DNA of 64,000 bases from an uncultured delta proteobacterium (GCA_963696385.1 CAVOKF010000004.1:384001-448000); one strand, 5' to 3'; positions 10,015 to 19,264 are shown, counted from the stretch's first letter. The notes: a model not told the origin generated them from the sequence alone. Program-made: numbers and translations.

Positions 10015-13000
10015 ATGCGCCTTGCGAGCCTTGCCGGTGGCCTGATCGCTGCCGCCGTCGGTGCGTTCGCGGTGTCGTCGTGCACGACGCTCGAGCCGCA
10101 GCCGTCGACCTACTTCGACAGCACGATTGCTCCGGGCCTGCAGACCTCGTGTGTGCGGAGCAATACCGGCGCGGGGTGCCATGTCGCCGACGCCAAGGGC
10201 AATGCCTTCGGCAACCTCGACTTGACCAGCTTCGATGGCATCAACCGCAGGCGCGATCTGCTCATCGATTACGGGCCGTACCTGCAACCGGGCTTGCTCG
10301 TGAAGAACATCGGGCCGTTTCAGGTCACCGTCGCGCTCTGGGACGGCACGAAGGTTCTGGTCACCACCGACATCAAGCACGTCGGAGGCGCGGTCCTCGA
10401 TCCGACCGGGGGCGACTATCAGACGCTCCGAAGATGGATCGAAAACGGGGCGACGGTGAACAATACCGGAGTCCCTCCGTCCGACATTTCGACGACCCCC
10501 TGCACGGACGTCGTTCCGTCGGCAGCGGGGTTCGACCCGACGACGGACCCGGCCACCGCCGATTATCCCGTGTTCGTTCAAAGCGTCCAGCCGGTGCTCT
10601 GGAACCCGGCGTCCACTGACTCCTGCGCCTCGGGCAATTGCCACGGGACGATCGTCAATGCGCTGTACTTGACCTGTGGCACGAGCGCGGAAGAGGTTCG
10701 GTGGAACTACTTCGCGGCGGTGAACTACCTCGCGGCCACGGCCGAGGACAGCGAGATCGTGCGGCGTCCGTTGGCCAGTTCCCAGGGCGGCAGTTACCAC
10801 GAGGGCGGTCCGATCTTCGCGTCCGTCATGGACCCCAACTACCAGGCGCTCGTCAACTGGGCGCAAATGCACGGGCCCGTGCAGACCGGTCCGCTCGATC
10901 CGGCATTTCTTTTCTTTGCCCAGAAGGTGCAGCCTGTGCTCGCGAAGAAGGGCTGCATGATGGCGCAGTGCCATTCGGCGGCGATGTTTCACGACTTCCG
11001 ATTGCGTGGCGGATCCGCCGGCAGTTTCTCGCTCACGACGACGCAGAGAAACTACGCGTTCTCGGTGGGACAAATGTCGTTCGAGAGCGACGACGTCAAT
11101 GCCAGTCGTCTCGTGCGGAAAAACCTGTTCCGTCCCGATCTGCTCGACGGATCCACGGGCATCACGCATCGCGGAGGCCCGTTGTTCGAAGACTTCGGGT
11201 CGGTCGACAGCGACGCGTCGCCGGGCACGATCGAGGCCCCCGATCGCGGCGCGCTCTGCGACGGCCACATGCCCGCCTACGACTACGACAACGGCGACGT
11301 CGATGCGATTCCCGCGTATTGCGTCGTTCGCGAGTGGCATCGGCGTGAGCGTGTCGAGCGGGCACTCGCCGCGGTTTCGGCGGTCGTCTACGTGAGCCGG
11401 CCCATCCCGGCGGCGCCGGATCGGGCGCAGGACTTCGACGTATTTGCGGGCGGAGCCAGCCTCCATATCGCGGCGGCGACGTTCCAAGCGTCCGGATTGC
11501 AGATCGGGACCGACCAGGCCGTCGACCTTTCGACCTGCGGCTTGGGCACTTCGCCGGACGTTCGCCGGCCCGCGGTCTCGTGGGATGGTGCGACGATCGC
11601 CTTCGCGGCTCGCGCGACGGCGAGCGATCCTCTGGCGATCTACACGATGAACGCCGACGGCACGGGCTGCGCGGAGCAGCCGGACATCTCGGCGATGCAC
11701 GACGCCTCCCTGACGAGCGTTCCGAACGGCGACAGCATCCTCGTGCACGATTTCGATCCGGCTTTCAGCCCGCCAGGGCCGGACGGCGTGCAGCGCATCG
11801 TCTTCGCATCGACGCGCGGCAACCTCGATTCGAACGGTATCGCGACCACTATCCCGGCGTTCGACTACTCCGGCCCACAGCGCACGCCGTCCGACCCCAC
11901 CAAGCCGAATGCGAACCTCTACGTGCTCGAGCCCGATCCCAGCGGATCGGGGACGCTGCGTGTCCGTCAATTGACCTGGCAGCTCGACATGGAGCGCTTT
12001 CCGAGCTTCATGGATGACGGGCGACTGGTTTTCACCGTCGAAAAGCGCGAGCCCGGGTTTTATCAGTTGGCGCTCCGCCGACAGAATCTCGACGGCGGCG
12101 ATTACCATCCGCTGTTCGCTCAGCGTGGAAGCATCGGCTACGCCCAAGCGACGAGTGTCGTGCAGTTGTCGGACAAGAATTTCGCCGCCATTTTCAGCGA
12201 CGTCACGGCGCAACACGGCGCGGGTGCGGTCGCCGTGTTCAATCGCTCGATCGGCCTCGACTTCACCAGCCCGAATGCGAGCGACTATCCAGTCGACCCG
12301 ACCGTCATCGTGCCCTCCTCGGCCTCCGCTCCCGAGGCCGATTTCTTCCTGCACTCGCTGAGCCCGCCGTTCGTGGACGGATCGTACTCGAGCCCTTCGG
12401 CCCTGCCGGACGGCCAAATGCTCGTCAGTTACGGCGCCGGCGATCCGGCCACCTTCGGGGGCGACTACGACGTGTACGTGATGGACCCCGCGACAGGCCA
12501 GAAGGCGAAACTGCTCGGGACCGCCGGCACGGCCGAGGTCGATGCCGTGGCCGTATACCCTCGGGTTTCGAAAGGCATTTTCGCTTCGAGGCCGGACGAG
12601 CCGAACGGCAACACGTCCGTGCAAGTCGGTCAGACCACGGCGGACGTGACGGTCTTGAACATGCCGGTCCTCGCGTCGCTCCTTTTCCAAAACACGCCTA
12701 CCGGCCGCTTGGTCGAGGCGGACCTCAAGAGCTTCGACGTCTGGGAGGAACTTCCACCGGACGTCATGAGCTTTCCGGCATGTGGGGACAACAACACGGT
12801 ATGTGACTCATTGGGGCCGTCCGGCATGGTTTACGTACGGCGCAGACTTGTCGGAACGGTGCCGCTCTTCGCCGACGGATCAGCCCATTTCCTGATCCCC
12901 GGAGGACTACCCATTCTGCTGCACCTTCCGGCCGATTCGGAGTCGGCCCGCATGAACCTGCCGCGCTGGCAGCGTGAGACGATGACGTTCGTGCCCGGCG

Positions 13001-13212
13001 AGAACGCGCGGCAGTCGTTCTCCACGACATTTTTCGACAATCTCTGCGCCGGCTGTCACGGCGCCATCAGCGGTCGTCCGGTCGACGCAGCGCTCAATCC
13101 CGATTTTCTCACGCAGGCCTCTCAGGTGCAGTCCGTCGGAAGTCCCGCCACGGACTGTTCGGGGCCTCCGGGATCGCGAGGACCGGTGCAGGGCCCGCCG
13201 TCGTCGCCGTGA
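10015..13212 (+). CDS. multiheme lipoprotein: 3 tandem planctomycete-type cytochrome c domains + beta-propeller + HZS-alpha-like domain
   Basis: Lipobox VSSC; CVRSNTGAGCH, CASGNCH, CMMAQCH, CAGCH; VQPVL before two of the motifs and HxGG after the first three; PAVSWDG, PAFSP, PSALPDG repeats. Confidence 0.75.
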   Translation: MRLASLAGGLIAAAVGAFAVSSCTTLEPQPSTYFDSTIAPGLQTSCVRSNTGAGCHVADAKGNAFGNLDLTSFDGINRRRDLLIDYGPYLQPGLLVKNIGPFQVTVALWDGTKVLVTTDIKHVGGAVLDPTGGDYQTLRRWIENGATVNNTGVPPSDISTTPCTDVVPSAAGFDPTTDPATADYPVFVQSVQPVLWNPASTDSCASGNCHGTIVNALYLTCGTSAEEVRWNYFAAVNYLAATAEDSEIVRRPLASSQGGSYHEGGPIFASVMDPNYQALVNWAQMHGPVQTGPLDPAFLFFAQKVQPVLAKKGCMMAQCHSAAMFHDFRLRGGSAGSFSLTTTQRNYAFSVGQMSFESDDVNASRLVRKNLFRPDLLDGSTGITHRGGPLFEDFGSVDSDASPGTIEAPDRGALCDGHMPAYDYDNGDVDAIPAYCVVREWHRRERVERALAAVSAVVYVSRPIPAAPDRAQDFDVFAGGASLHIAAATFQASGLQIGTDQAVDLSTCGLGTSPDVRRPAVSWDGATIAFAARATASDPLAIYTMNADGTGCAEQPDISAMHDASLTSVPNGDSILVHDFDPAFSPPGPDGVQRIVFASTRGNLDSNGIATTIPAFDYSGPQRTPSDPTKPNANLYVLEPDPSGSGTLRVRQLTWQLDMERFPSFMDDGRLVFTVEKREPGFYQLALRRQNLDGGDYHPLFAQRGSIGYAQATSVVQLSDKNFAAIFSDVTAQHGAGAVAVFNRSIGLDFTSPNASDYPVDPTVIVPSSASAPEADFFLHSLSPPFVDGSYSSPSALPDGQMLVSYGAGDPATFGGDYDVYVMDPATGQKAKLLGTAGTAEVDAVAVYPRVSKGIFASRPDEPNGNTSVQVGQTTADVTVLNMPVLASLLFQNTPTGRLVEADLKSFDVWEELPPDVMSFPACGDNNTVCDSLGPSGMVYVRRRLVGTVPLFADGSAHFLIPGGLPILLHLPADSESARMNLPRWQRETMTFVPGENARQSFSTTFFDNLCAGCHGAISGRPVDAALNPDFLTQASQVQSVGSPATDCSGPPGSRGPVQGPPSSP

Positions 13213-13260
13213 GGGCTCACGCGGAGCGTGACGCGGGGGCGATTTTGCGTAAATAGCGGC

Positions 13261-15390
13261 ATGCGCCTTTCGCGGAGTGGACTCGCCGCCCTACTGCCGT
13301 CCGCCGTCGCCTTCGCCGCATGCGGCTCGGGGGCCCTGCCCCCCCCCCGGGGACCCGTAACCGTCGCCCCTAGCGCTGCCCCGTCCGCTGCGTCGGGCGC
13401 GGCCGATGCCGGTGCCCCGGTGCGGCTGAGGGGACCCGACGAATCCGCGCTCGATAGAACGGCGCAGCCGTGCGACGACTTTTACGAGTTCGCTTGCGGC
13501 GGCTGGATGAAGTCGACGCCCATCCCGGAGGACGAAGCGAGCTGGGTGCGCAGTTTCAGCGTCATTCACGACGAAAACATCAAGGCCCTGCGAGACATCC
13601 TCGAACGGGACGCCCGCGGTGACGTGCGCGGAGATGCGTACGGCAAGCAGCTCGGCGACCTCTGGTCGTCGTGCATGGACGAAGCCAGCGTAGAGCGCAA
13701 AGGTCTCGACGAACTGCGACCGGAGCTCGATGCGATCGATCGGGTCCGGGACGCTCGGTCGCTCATCGAGGAGCTCGCCCGACTTCACTCGATAGGGGTC
13801 GGCGCCGCGTTCGGTTTCGACAGCGAGATCGACTTCAAGGACGCATCGCGCATGATCGCGGGTGTCTCACAGGGCGGTCTCGGACTCCCGGAGCGCGATT
13901 ACTACTTTCGGACCGACCCGCGCACGAAGGCCATACGGAACGAGTATTCGGGGCACGTGGCGCGCACGTTCGAGCTGGTCGGTGAAACTCCGGCGGCGGC
14001 GCAAGCCGACGCGGCGGCCGTCATGAGGATCGAGACGCGGCTCGCCCACGCGTCGATGACGAACACCGACCTGAGAGACCCGCAAAAGGTGTATCACCTG
14101 CTCAACCTCGAGGGTCTGAAGAAGATCGCTCCGGACGTCTCGTGGGATGTCTACCTCGATTCGCTGGGATTCCCGAGCATCGTGTCGATCAACGTCGCCG
14201 AGCCGGACTTCGTGAAAGAGTTCGACGCGATGGCCAAGTCCACCGACTTGGGCGAGTGGCGAGCCTATCTTCGCTGGCACCTCGCGGCCTCGGCGTCGCC
14301 GTGGCTGTCGGAGCGTTTCGTCGCCGAATGGTTTCACTTTCGTCAAGTGCTGACCGGAACGAAGGTGCTGCAGCCCCGGTGGAAGCGCTGCGTACGGTTC
14401 GCGGATCAATGGATGGGCGAGGCGCTCGCGCAACCGTTCGTTCGAGAGACGCTGGGCGAGGACGGAAAGCGAACGGCCGAGCAGATGGTGGCCGGCATCG
14501 AAGAGTCGATGAAGGGCGACATCGAGTCGCTGTCGTGGATGGATGACGCGACCCGCCTCAAAGCGGAAACCAAGCTCGCGAAGATCACCAACAAGATCGG
14601 TTTTCCCGCGAAGTGGCGCAGCTACGACGGGCTCGCGATCGATCGGTCGTCGTTCGTGCAGAATGCCGAGCGTGCGACACAGTTCGAAGTGCGACGCCAG
14701 CTCGCGAAAGTGGGCAAACCCGTCGACAAGGACGAGTGGGAAATGACTCCGCCGACGGTCAATGCGTATTACGAACCGACGATGAACGAAATGGTGTTCC
14801 CGGCGGGCATTCTTCAGGCCCCATTTTACAGCAACACTCAGGCCGCGCCGTTGAACTTCGGCGCGATCGGGATGGTGGTCGGCCACGAGCTCACGCACGG
14901 ATTCGACGACGAAGGACGCCAGTTCGACGCGGAGGGCAACTTGCGCGATTGGTGGTCGCCGGCCGTCGCCGCCGAATTCGACAAGCGCGCGAAGTGCGTC
15001 GAAAGGCAATTCGACGAATACGTCCCGATCGATGACGCGCACATCAAAGGAAAGTTGACCCTCGGCGAGAACATCGCCGATCTTGGGGGCGTGAAGCTAT
15101 CGTTTGCCACGTTCGAGCGCGCCGAAAAGACCCATCCGACCGCGACCGTCCCAGGCGGGTTCACGCCCGAGCAGCAGTTCTTTCTCGGCTTCGCGCAGTC
15201 GTGGTGCGCAAATTATCGCCCCGAGTCACTGCGTCTGCTCGTGGCCACCAACCCCCACTCGCCGCCCAAGTTTCGGGTGAACGGTCCGCTCTCGAACGTC
15301 GGCGAATTCGCGGCGGCATTTCAGTGCAAGGAGGGATCGCCGATGGTCCGAGGCGGGCACGACCCGGGACCACGCTGCGAAGTGTGGTGA
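13261..15390 (+). CDS. M13 family metallopeptidase (neprilysin/PepO-like), lipoprotein
   Basis: PCDDFYEFACGGW, VNAYY, GHELTHGFD, GENIAD, HSPPKFRVNG. Confidence 0.95.
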   Translation: MRLSRSGLAALLPSAVAFAACGSGALPPPRGPVTVAPSAAPSAASGAADAGAPVRLRGPDESALDRTAQPCDDFYEFACGGWMKSTPIPEDEASWVRSFSVIHDENIKALRDILERDARGDVRGDAYGKQLGDLWSSCMDEASVERKGLDELRPELDAIDRVRDARSLIEELARLHSIGVGAAFGFDSEIDFKDASRMIAGVSQGGLGLPERDYYFRTDPRTKAIRNEYSGHVARTFELVGETPAAAQADAAAVMRIETRLAHASMTNTDLRDPQKVYHLLNLEGLKKIAPDVSWDVYLDSLGFPSIVSINVAEPDFVKEFDAMAKSTDLGEWRAYLRWHLAASASPWLSERFVAEWFHFRQVLTGTKVLQPRWKRCVRFADQWMGEALAQPFVRETLGEDGKRTAEQMVAGIEESMKGDIESLSWMDDATRLKAETKLAKITNKIGFPAKWRSYDGLAIDRSSFVQNAERATQFEVRRQLAKVGKPVDKDEWEMTPPTVNAYYEPTMNEMVFPAGILQAPFYSNTQAAPLNFGAIGMVVGHELTHGFDDEGRQFDAEGNLRDWWSPAVAAEFDKRAKCVERQFDEYVPIDDAHIKGKLTLGENIADLGGVKLSFATFERAEKTHPTATVPGGFTPEQQFFLGFAQSWCANYRPESLRLLVATNPHSPPKFRVNGPLSNVGEFAAAFQCKEGSPMVRGGHDPGPRCEVW

Positions 15391-15404
15391 TCCGCCTCGC
15401 GCTC

Positions 15405-15473
15405 AGTACAGCGCCCCGCTAAACGGTACCCAGTTACGCTGGGTACGCCTGCGTTGCAGGCTGGCGCTGCACT
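15405..15473. repeat. MITE/REP-like palindromic element 1 (four-way-junction fold)
   Basis: Terminal IR AGTACAGCGCC/GGCGCTGCACT enclosing three hairpins (CCGCTAAACGG; GTACCCAG-TTACG-CTGGGTAC; GCCTGC-GTT-GCAGGC). Confidence 0.6.
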
Positions 15474-15476
15474 ATA

Positions 15477-15569
15477 AGACGGTTTCCTTGGGCTTCGCCC
15501 CAAACCGCCAATCGCCTCCCGGCGATTGAAGTACACCGCCCGGCGGATCCCTGCGTTCTGGGGCGGTCT
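15477..15569. repeat. MITE/REP-like palindromic element 2
   Basis: Ends AGACGGTTTC/GGGGCGGTCT; internal GGGCTTCGCCC, CAATCGCC-TCCC-GGCGATTG and CCGCC-C-GGCGG hairpins. Confidence 0.55.
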
Positions 15570-15571
15570 AC

Positions 15572-16669
15572 TCAGCCGTGGCCGCCGACGACGAGTTCGT
15601 CGGCGTGTACGACCACGGCGAGTTCGGCGAGGGGATCCGAGAGATCCTCGCGCGCCTTGCCGGCGACTCGCGCCGCGTCGGCCGCACCGCAGCGCGCCAG
15701 GCCTCGGCCGATTTCGCGTCCGTCGGCGTCAATGAGACGGACGGCGTCGCCGGCACGAAAATCGCCTCGAATCCCCAGCACGCCGATCGACAGCACACTT
15801 CGGCCTTTCGTCAAAAGGGCCAGCGAGGCTCCACGGTCGAGAACGATGTCGCCGCGCGGCCGGAGGGTGAACGCGATCCAAGTTTTTTTCGCGCTGAGCC
15901 GCTCGGCCGAAGCCACGAAGAGGGTCCCGACGTCTTCTCCGGCGAGCAAAGCGTCGAGCGCCCTCGCGTTGCGCGCGTCGGCGACCACGACGTTGGCTCC
16001 CGCCAGGGTGGCGCGCCGCGCCGCCTCGACCTTGCTGGCCATGCCGCCGCTGCCCACCTGGCTCGTCGACTTGCGAACGTGAGGGACCGCCTCGCTCGCT
16101 ACGTTTCGTACGACCGGAACGCGCCGACCTTCGGCGTCGAGCAATCCCTCGACGTCGCTCAAGAGCACGACGAGCTCCGCATCGACCAGGGGCGCCACCA
16201 TCGCCGCGAGCTGATCGTTGTCCAATTTGATCTCGTCGACGGCCACCGAGTCGTTTTCGTTGAGAATCGGGACTGCGCCGGCCTCGAGGAGCGCGCCGAG
16301 GGCCGCGCGCGCGTTGTTGCTGCGGGTTCGATCCGCGAGGTCTGCGTAGGTCAAGAGAACCTGCGCGACGGCAAGCCCGCGCGCGGCAAACGCATCCCCA
16401 TAGGCCTGCATGAGCAGAGATTGCCCAGCGGCCGCGGCCGCTTGCAGGCGGGCGATCTCCTTCGGCCGCGCGCGGTATCCGAGCTTGCGGATGCCGAGGG
16501 CGATGGCACCGCTCGAGACGATGACGAATGACGCGTGCGGATGTGCGGCGCACGTCACGGCCAGGCGCTCGAAGACGGAGGCCCCCTCGGCGGCCAAGGC
16601 CCGAGATCCGATCTTGACGACGATACGCCGTGCGCGCGCGACCGCAGCACGCGCGTCACTCGATTCCAC
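15572..16669 (-). CDS. proB: glutamate 5-kinase with PUA domain
   Basis: VVKIGS, VSSGAI, PILNEND, DND, GSGGMASK, C-terminal PUA; GTG start 16669 with GAAGGA. Confidence 0.93.
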   Translation of the reverse strand: MESSDARAAVARARRIVVKIGSRALAAEGASVFERLAVTCAAHPHASFVIVSSGAIALGIRKLGYRARPKEIARLQAAAAAGQSLLMQAYGDAFAARGLAVAQVLLTYADLADRTRSNNARAALGALLEAGAVPILNENDSVAVDEIKLDNDQLAAMVAPLVDAELVVLLSDVEGLLDAEGRRVPVVRNVASEAVPHVRKSTSQVGSGGMASKVEAARRATLAGANVVVADARNARALDALLAGEDVGTLFVASAERLSAKKTWIAFTLRPRGDIVLDRGASLALLTKGRSVLSIGVLGIRGDFRAGDAVRLIDADGREIGRGLARCGAADAARVAGKAREDLSDPLAELAVVVHADELVVGGHG

Positions 16670-17318
16670 GCAAAAGTCCTTCGTCGAAAGCTCCGTCGAG
16701 CCGGCTGGCCAGTCGTTCCGGGACACCGGCGGTCAAGGCCAAGACGCCGTCGACGAGCGCCGTCGCCGCAGTGCGCTGATCGTCGACGACCGGATGTCGC
16801 TCGACGAGGTCCGTTCGAAACGTCATGGCTCTCGAAAGGGCGCCTTCGATCGCGCCCCGAATACGCCGTGCTTCGTCGCCGTCGATCCGCACCGAGCGTT
16901 GGGTCCGGCCCCGTTCGAGATAGCGGTCGAACAATCGTCCGAGTACGTACGTGTGCAAGGCGGAGTGCACCGGCCACACGAGACCGACGGGGGCCAGTCT
17001 CGCCACGGCGCGGACCGCGATGCGCGTGGCGAAAAAGCGCAACGCGGCCGCCATCCACCCTCGACGGACACCGGGGGCGAGCGGCTCTGCGAGAACGGTG
17101 CGCGCTTCGCAACTCAGTGAGAGACCATGCCGGACGGCGATGTCGTGCACGAGTGCGCCGCGAATGCCGCGCGCAAGTGCATCTGGAATCCACGGCACCG
17201 GCAGCGCACCTGCGAAAGCGCCGAACGTGGCGTACACGCCGAGACGGCTGCCGCCGACATGGCCGCGGCGCTCTGCGACCGTTTCGCCAGCGCCGTCCGC
17301 GAAGGGGGGGTGGAGCAT
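16656..17318 (-). CDS. hypothetical protein (DUF697/YcjF-like)
   Basis: GALPVPWIPD...LVHDIAVRHG pattern; stop overlaps the proB start. Confidence 0.55.
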   Translation of the reverse strand: MLHPPFADGAGETVAERRGHVGGSRLGVYATFGAFAGALPVPWIPDALARGIRGALVHDIAVRHGLSLSCEARTVLAEPLAPGVRRGWMAAALRFFATRIAVRAVARLAPVGLVWPVHSALHTYVLGRLFDRYLERGRTQRSVRIDGDEARRIRGAIEGALSRAMTFRTDLVERHPVVDDQRTAATALVDGVLALTAGVPERLASRLDGAFDEGLLRGIE

Positions 17319-17331
17319 CGACGCCCCCAGT

Positions 17332-18210
17332 CTACGCGAAGGCGCCGGCGAGAGGATGAAGCTCGAGAACGACGGCGTTGCATTCGAGGGCGATTCGTAA
17401 CAGTTCCGTCGTTGTGAGCGGGCCAATGTCCAGGCTCAAACGCGTTGGGGCCGTCGGATTGGAGGGGACCAGCAAACGCGCACCGCGCGTCGCGACCGCT
17501 CCTTCGAAGGCGCGCACATCGCCGGCCAGTCGAAGCGAAAACGCATGTTCACTCGATGCGATCTGAGCGGGCGCTCCCTGGATGGCCACGCGGCCACCGT
17601 CGATCAGAATGGCCTCGTCGGCGGCCAGTCCGACGGCCGACTCGAGCGAAACGCGTGCGGCGAAAAACGCCGTCCGACGCCCGGCAAGTGCGCGTACCAC
17701 CAGGCGCAAGAAGGCGCCGCGCGCCTCGGGCGGTAAGTCGACGCCGGGGTCCTCGACGAGCAGCACCGGGGCGCCCGTCGCCAGGGCAGCGGCTACGACG
17801 GTTGCCCGGCGCACGGTGAGCGATGCCCGTTGGAGCTTGGCCCGCGCGAACGGGGAAATCGCCAATTTCTCCATGGTCTCGCTCGCGGCGGACATCGCCG
17901 CGTCACGCGGTTGACCGGCCAGGCGCGCACTCCACGAGATGTACTCGAATGGCGACCACCGCAACGGCAACCTCGGATCGAGCGGCGCGGCGGCGCACAC
18001 GCCCGCTCGGACCGCTTGCAGCGGCCCGAGCCCCGCCACGCGAATCTCTCCCTGCTCGATCGCTCGGAGCCCCGCCATCGACTCGAACAGTGCGCGAGCG
18101 GCGCCGAGCACCAGCACCCACTCGCCCGTCGTGGCGAGCGACAAGCCTTCGATCGCCGGCACAGCCCCCACATCGACGCGCAGCGACGAGGTGGTCAATA
18201 AGGGGAACAC
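17332..18210 (-). CDS. degenerate ABC-ATPase-fold protein
   Basis: ABC-like scaffold (GEIRVAG, ATVVAAAL, VLLVEDP) with no Walker A GxxGxGKS/T. Confidence 0.65.
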   Translation of the reverse strand: MFPLLTTSSLRVDVGAVPAIEGLSLATTGEWVLVLGAARALFESMAGLRAIEQGEIRVAGLGPLQAVRAGVCAAAPLDPRLPLRWSPFEYISWSARLAGQPRDAAMSAASETMEKLAISPFARAKLQRASLTVRRATVVAAALATGAPVLLVEDPGVDLPPEARGAFLRLVVRALAGRRTAFFAARVSLESAVGLAADEAILIDGGRVAIQGAPAQIASSEHAFSLRLAGDVRAFEGAVATRGARLLVPSNPTAPTRLSLDIGPLTTTELLRIALECNAVVLELHPLAGAFA

Positions 18211-18332
18211 CGAAGGATGATAGACTCGAGCGACGCGGGCTGGCACGTATGTCGCAAGGACTTCGCTCCTTCGAGGTCGGCAACCCCACGATGACGCGAA
18301 TGTTCCGTGCTCCCAGCCGTTGGCGAGCCCCC

Positions 18333-19193
18333 ATGACCGGGGGCTCGGTCCCCCGCAATCTCGGGCCGATCGCGACCGCGCTGGCAGCGGCCGTGGCGTG
18401 TTCGCAGGGCGCCGGCGATCAGGTGACGCCCCCCGTCGATCTGGGGATGACCAGCACGATTGCCCCCTATTACAACGACGGCAATCTCACCTTGTATCAG
18501 GTGAACATGCCGATTCCGCTGCCGGTTCGTCGTCCGACGGCAGACGAGTCGCAGGGCCTCGGGCCGGCACCCTCGGGCACGCCGTACCCTCATGCGCCAT
18601 TTCTGACGGCCGGCGACGAGAGTCTCGAGGTCCATTACGTCATTTCCAATCTGGACACGGCACCCCACACCGTGTCGCTGCTCATCGACCCGTGGAACGA
18701 ATTCGTACGATGGAGTCCCGGGGTGACGGTCGTCAGCGACGACGAAACCGTTCCGAATTTCGGCTACGACTTGAGTTTCTGGGTCGACGCGCTGTCTCGG
18801 GTGGAGGGTGACATGACGCAGGACGACACGCAGGAGATCGCGATCAAGCTCGCCGCCGTCGAAAATGTCCTGTCCCAGCAGCAGACCGTTGCGACGTCTG
18901 CCATGGACAACGGTTCGCCGGATGCGACGACGCTCGTCAACCATATCTTCGATGCCCAGAACTGGTCGAACACCGGCGACCCGCTTTTTGATCCGTGGAT
19001 CCCTCCCGTCATCGCGGGTCTGACCGGCTTCGATCTCGGACTTCGCACCGTCGACGGTCCCGCCAACATCGCGGTCGAGATCACGATGCAAGTCGAGGAC
19101 CTCAACGGCAACCGTTTCGTGGTTCAGGGTTCGAACGTGCCGCAAATGGGCATCCCCGCCACGGTGCTCTCCCCGCCCGCGGCGCGCTTCTAG
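18333..19193 (+). CDS. hypothetical acidic lipoprotein
   Basis: Lipobox AVAC after a hydrophobic stretch; coding-like codon usage; start uncertain (18249-18333). Confidence 0.7.
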   Translation: MTGGSVPRNLGPIATALAAAVACSQGAGDQVTPPVDLGMTSTIAPYYNDGNLTLYQVNMPIPLPVRRPTADESQGLGPAPSGTPYPHAPFLTAGDESLEVHYVISNLDTAPHTVSLLIDPWNEFVRWSPGVTVVSDDETVPNFGYDLSFWVDALSRVEGDMTQDDTQEIAIKLAAVENVLSQQQTVATSAMDNGSPDATTLVNHIFDAQNWSNTGDPLFDPWIPPVIAGLTGFDLGLRTVDGPANIAVEITMQVEDLNGNRFVVQGSNVPQMGIPATVLSPPAARF

Positions 19194-19264
19194 GAGCCAT
19201 TTTCGAAAGCCGACTGGGTCGCTCGTGCACTCCGACGGCGGTGCACGAGTCCGCTCGGCCGGAT

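Noticed and set aside
9658..12690. Long antisense ORFs (also 24206..27205, 7016..8584, 30441..31910 and others)
   Set aside because: Shadows of real genes caused by high GC3; no motifs, and biased Arg/Ala/Val composition
6706..13212. Genuine anammox hydrazine synthase
   Set aside because: No hzsB/hzsC or hao-like genes; lipoprotein signals and myxobacterium-like context
15405..15473. Cloverleaf-like fold as a tRNA
   Set aside because: Lacks D/T-loop consensus, a 7-nt anticodon loop and tRNA stem lengths
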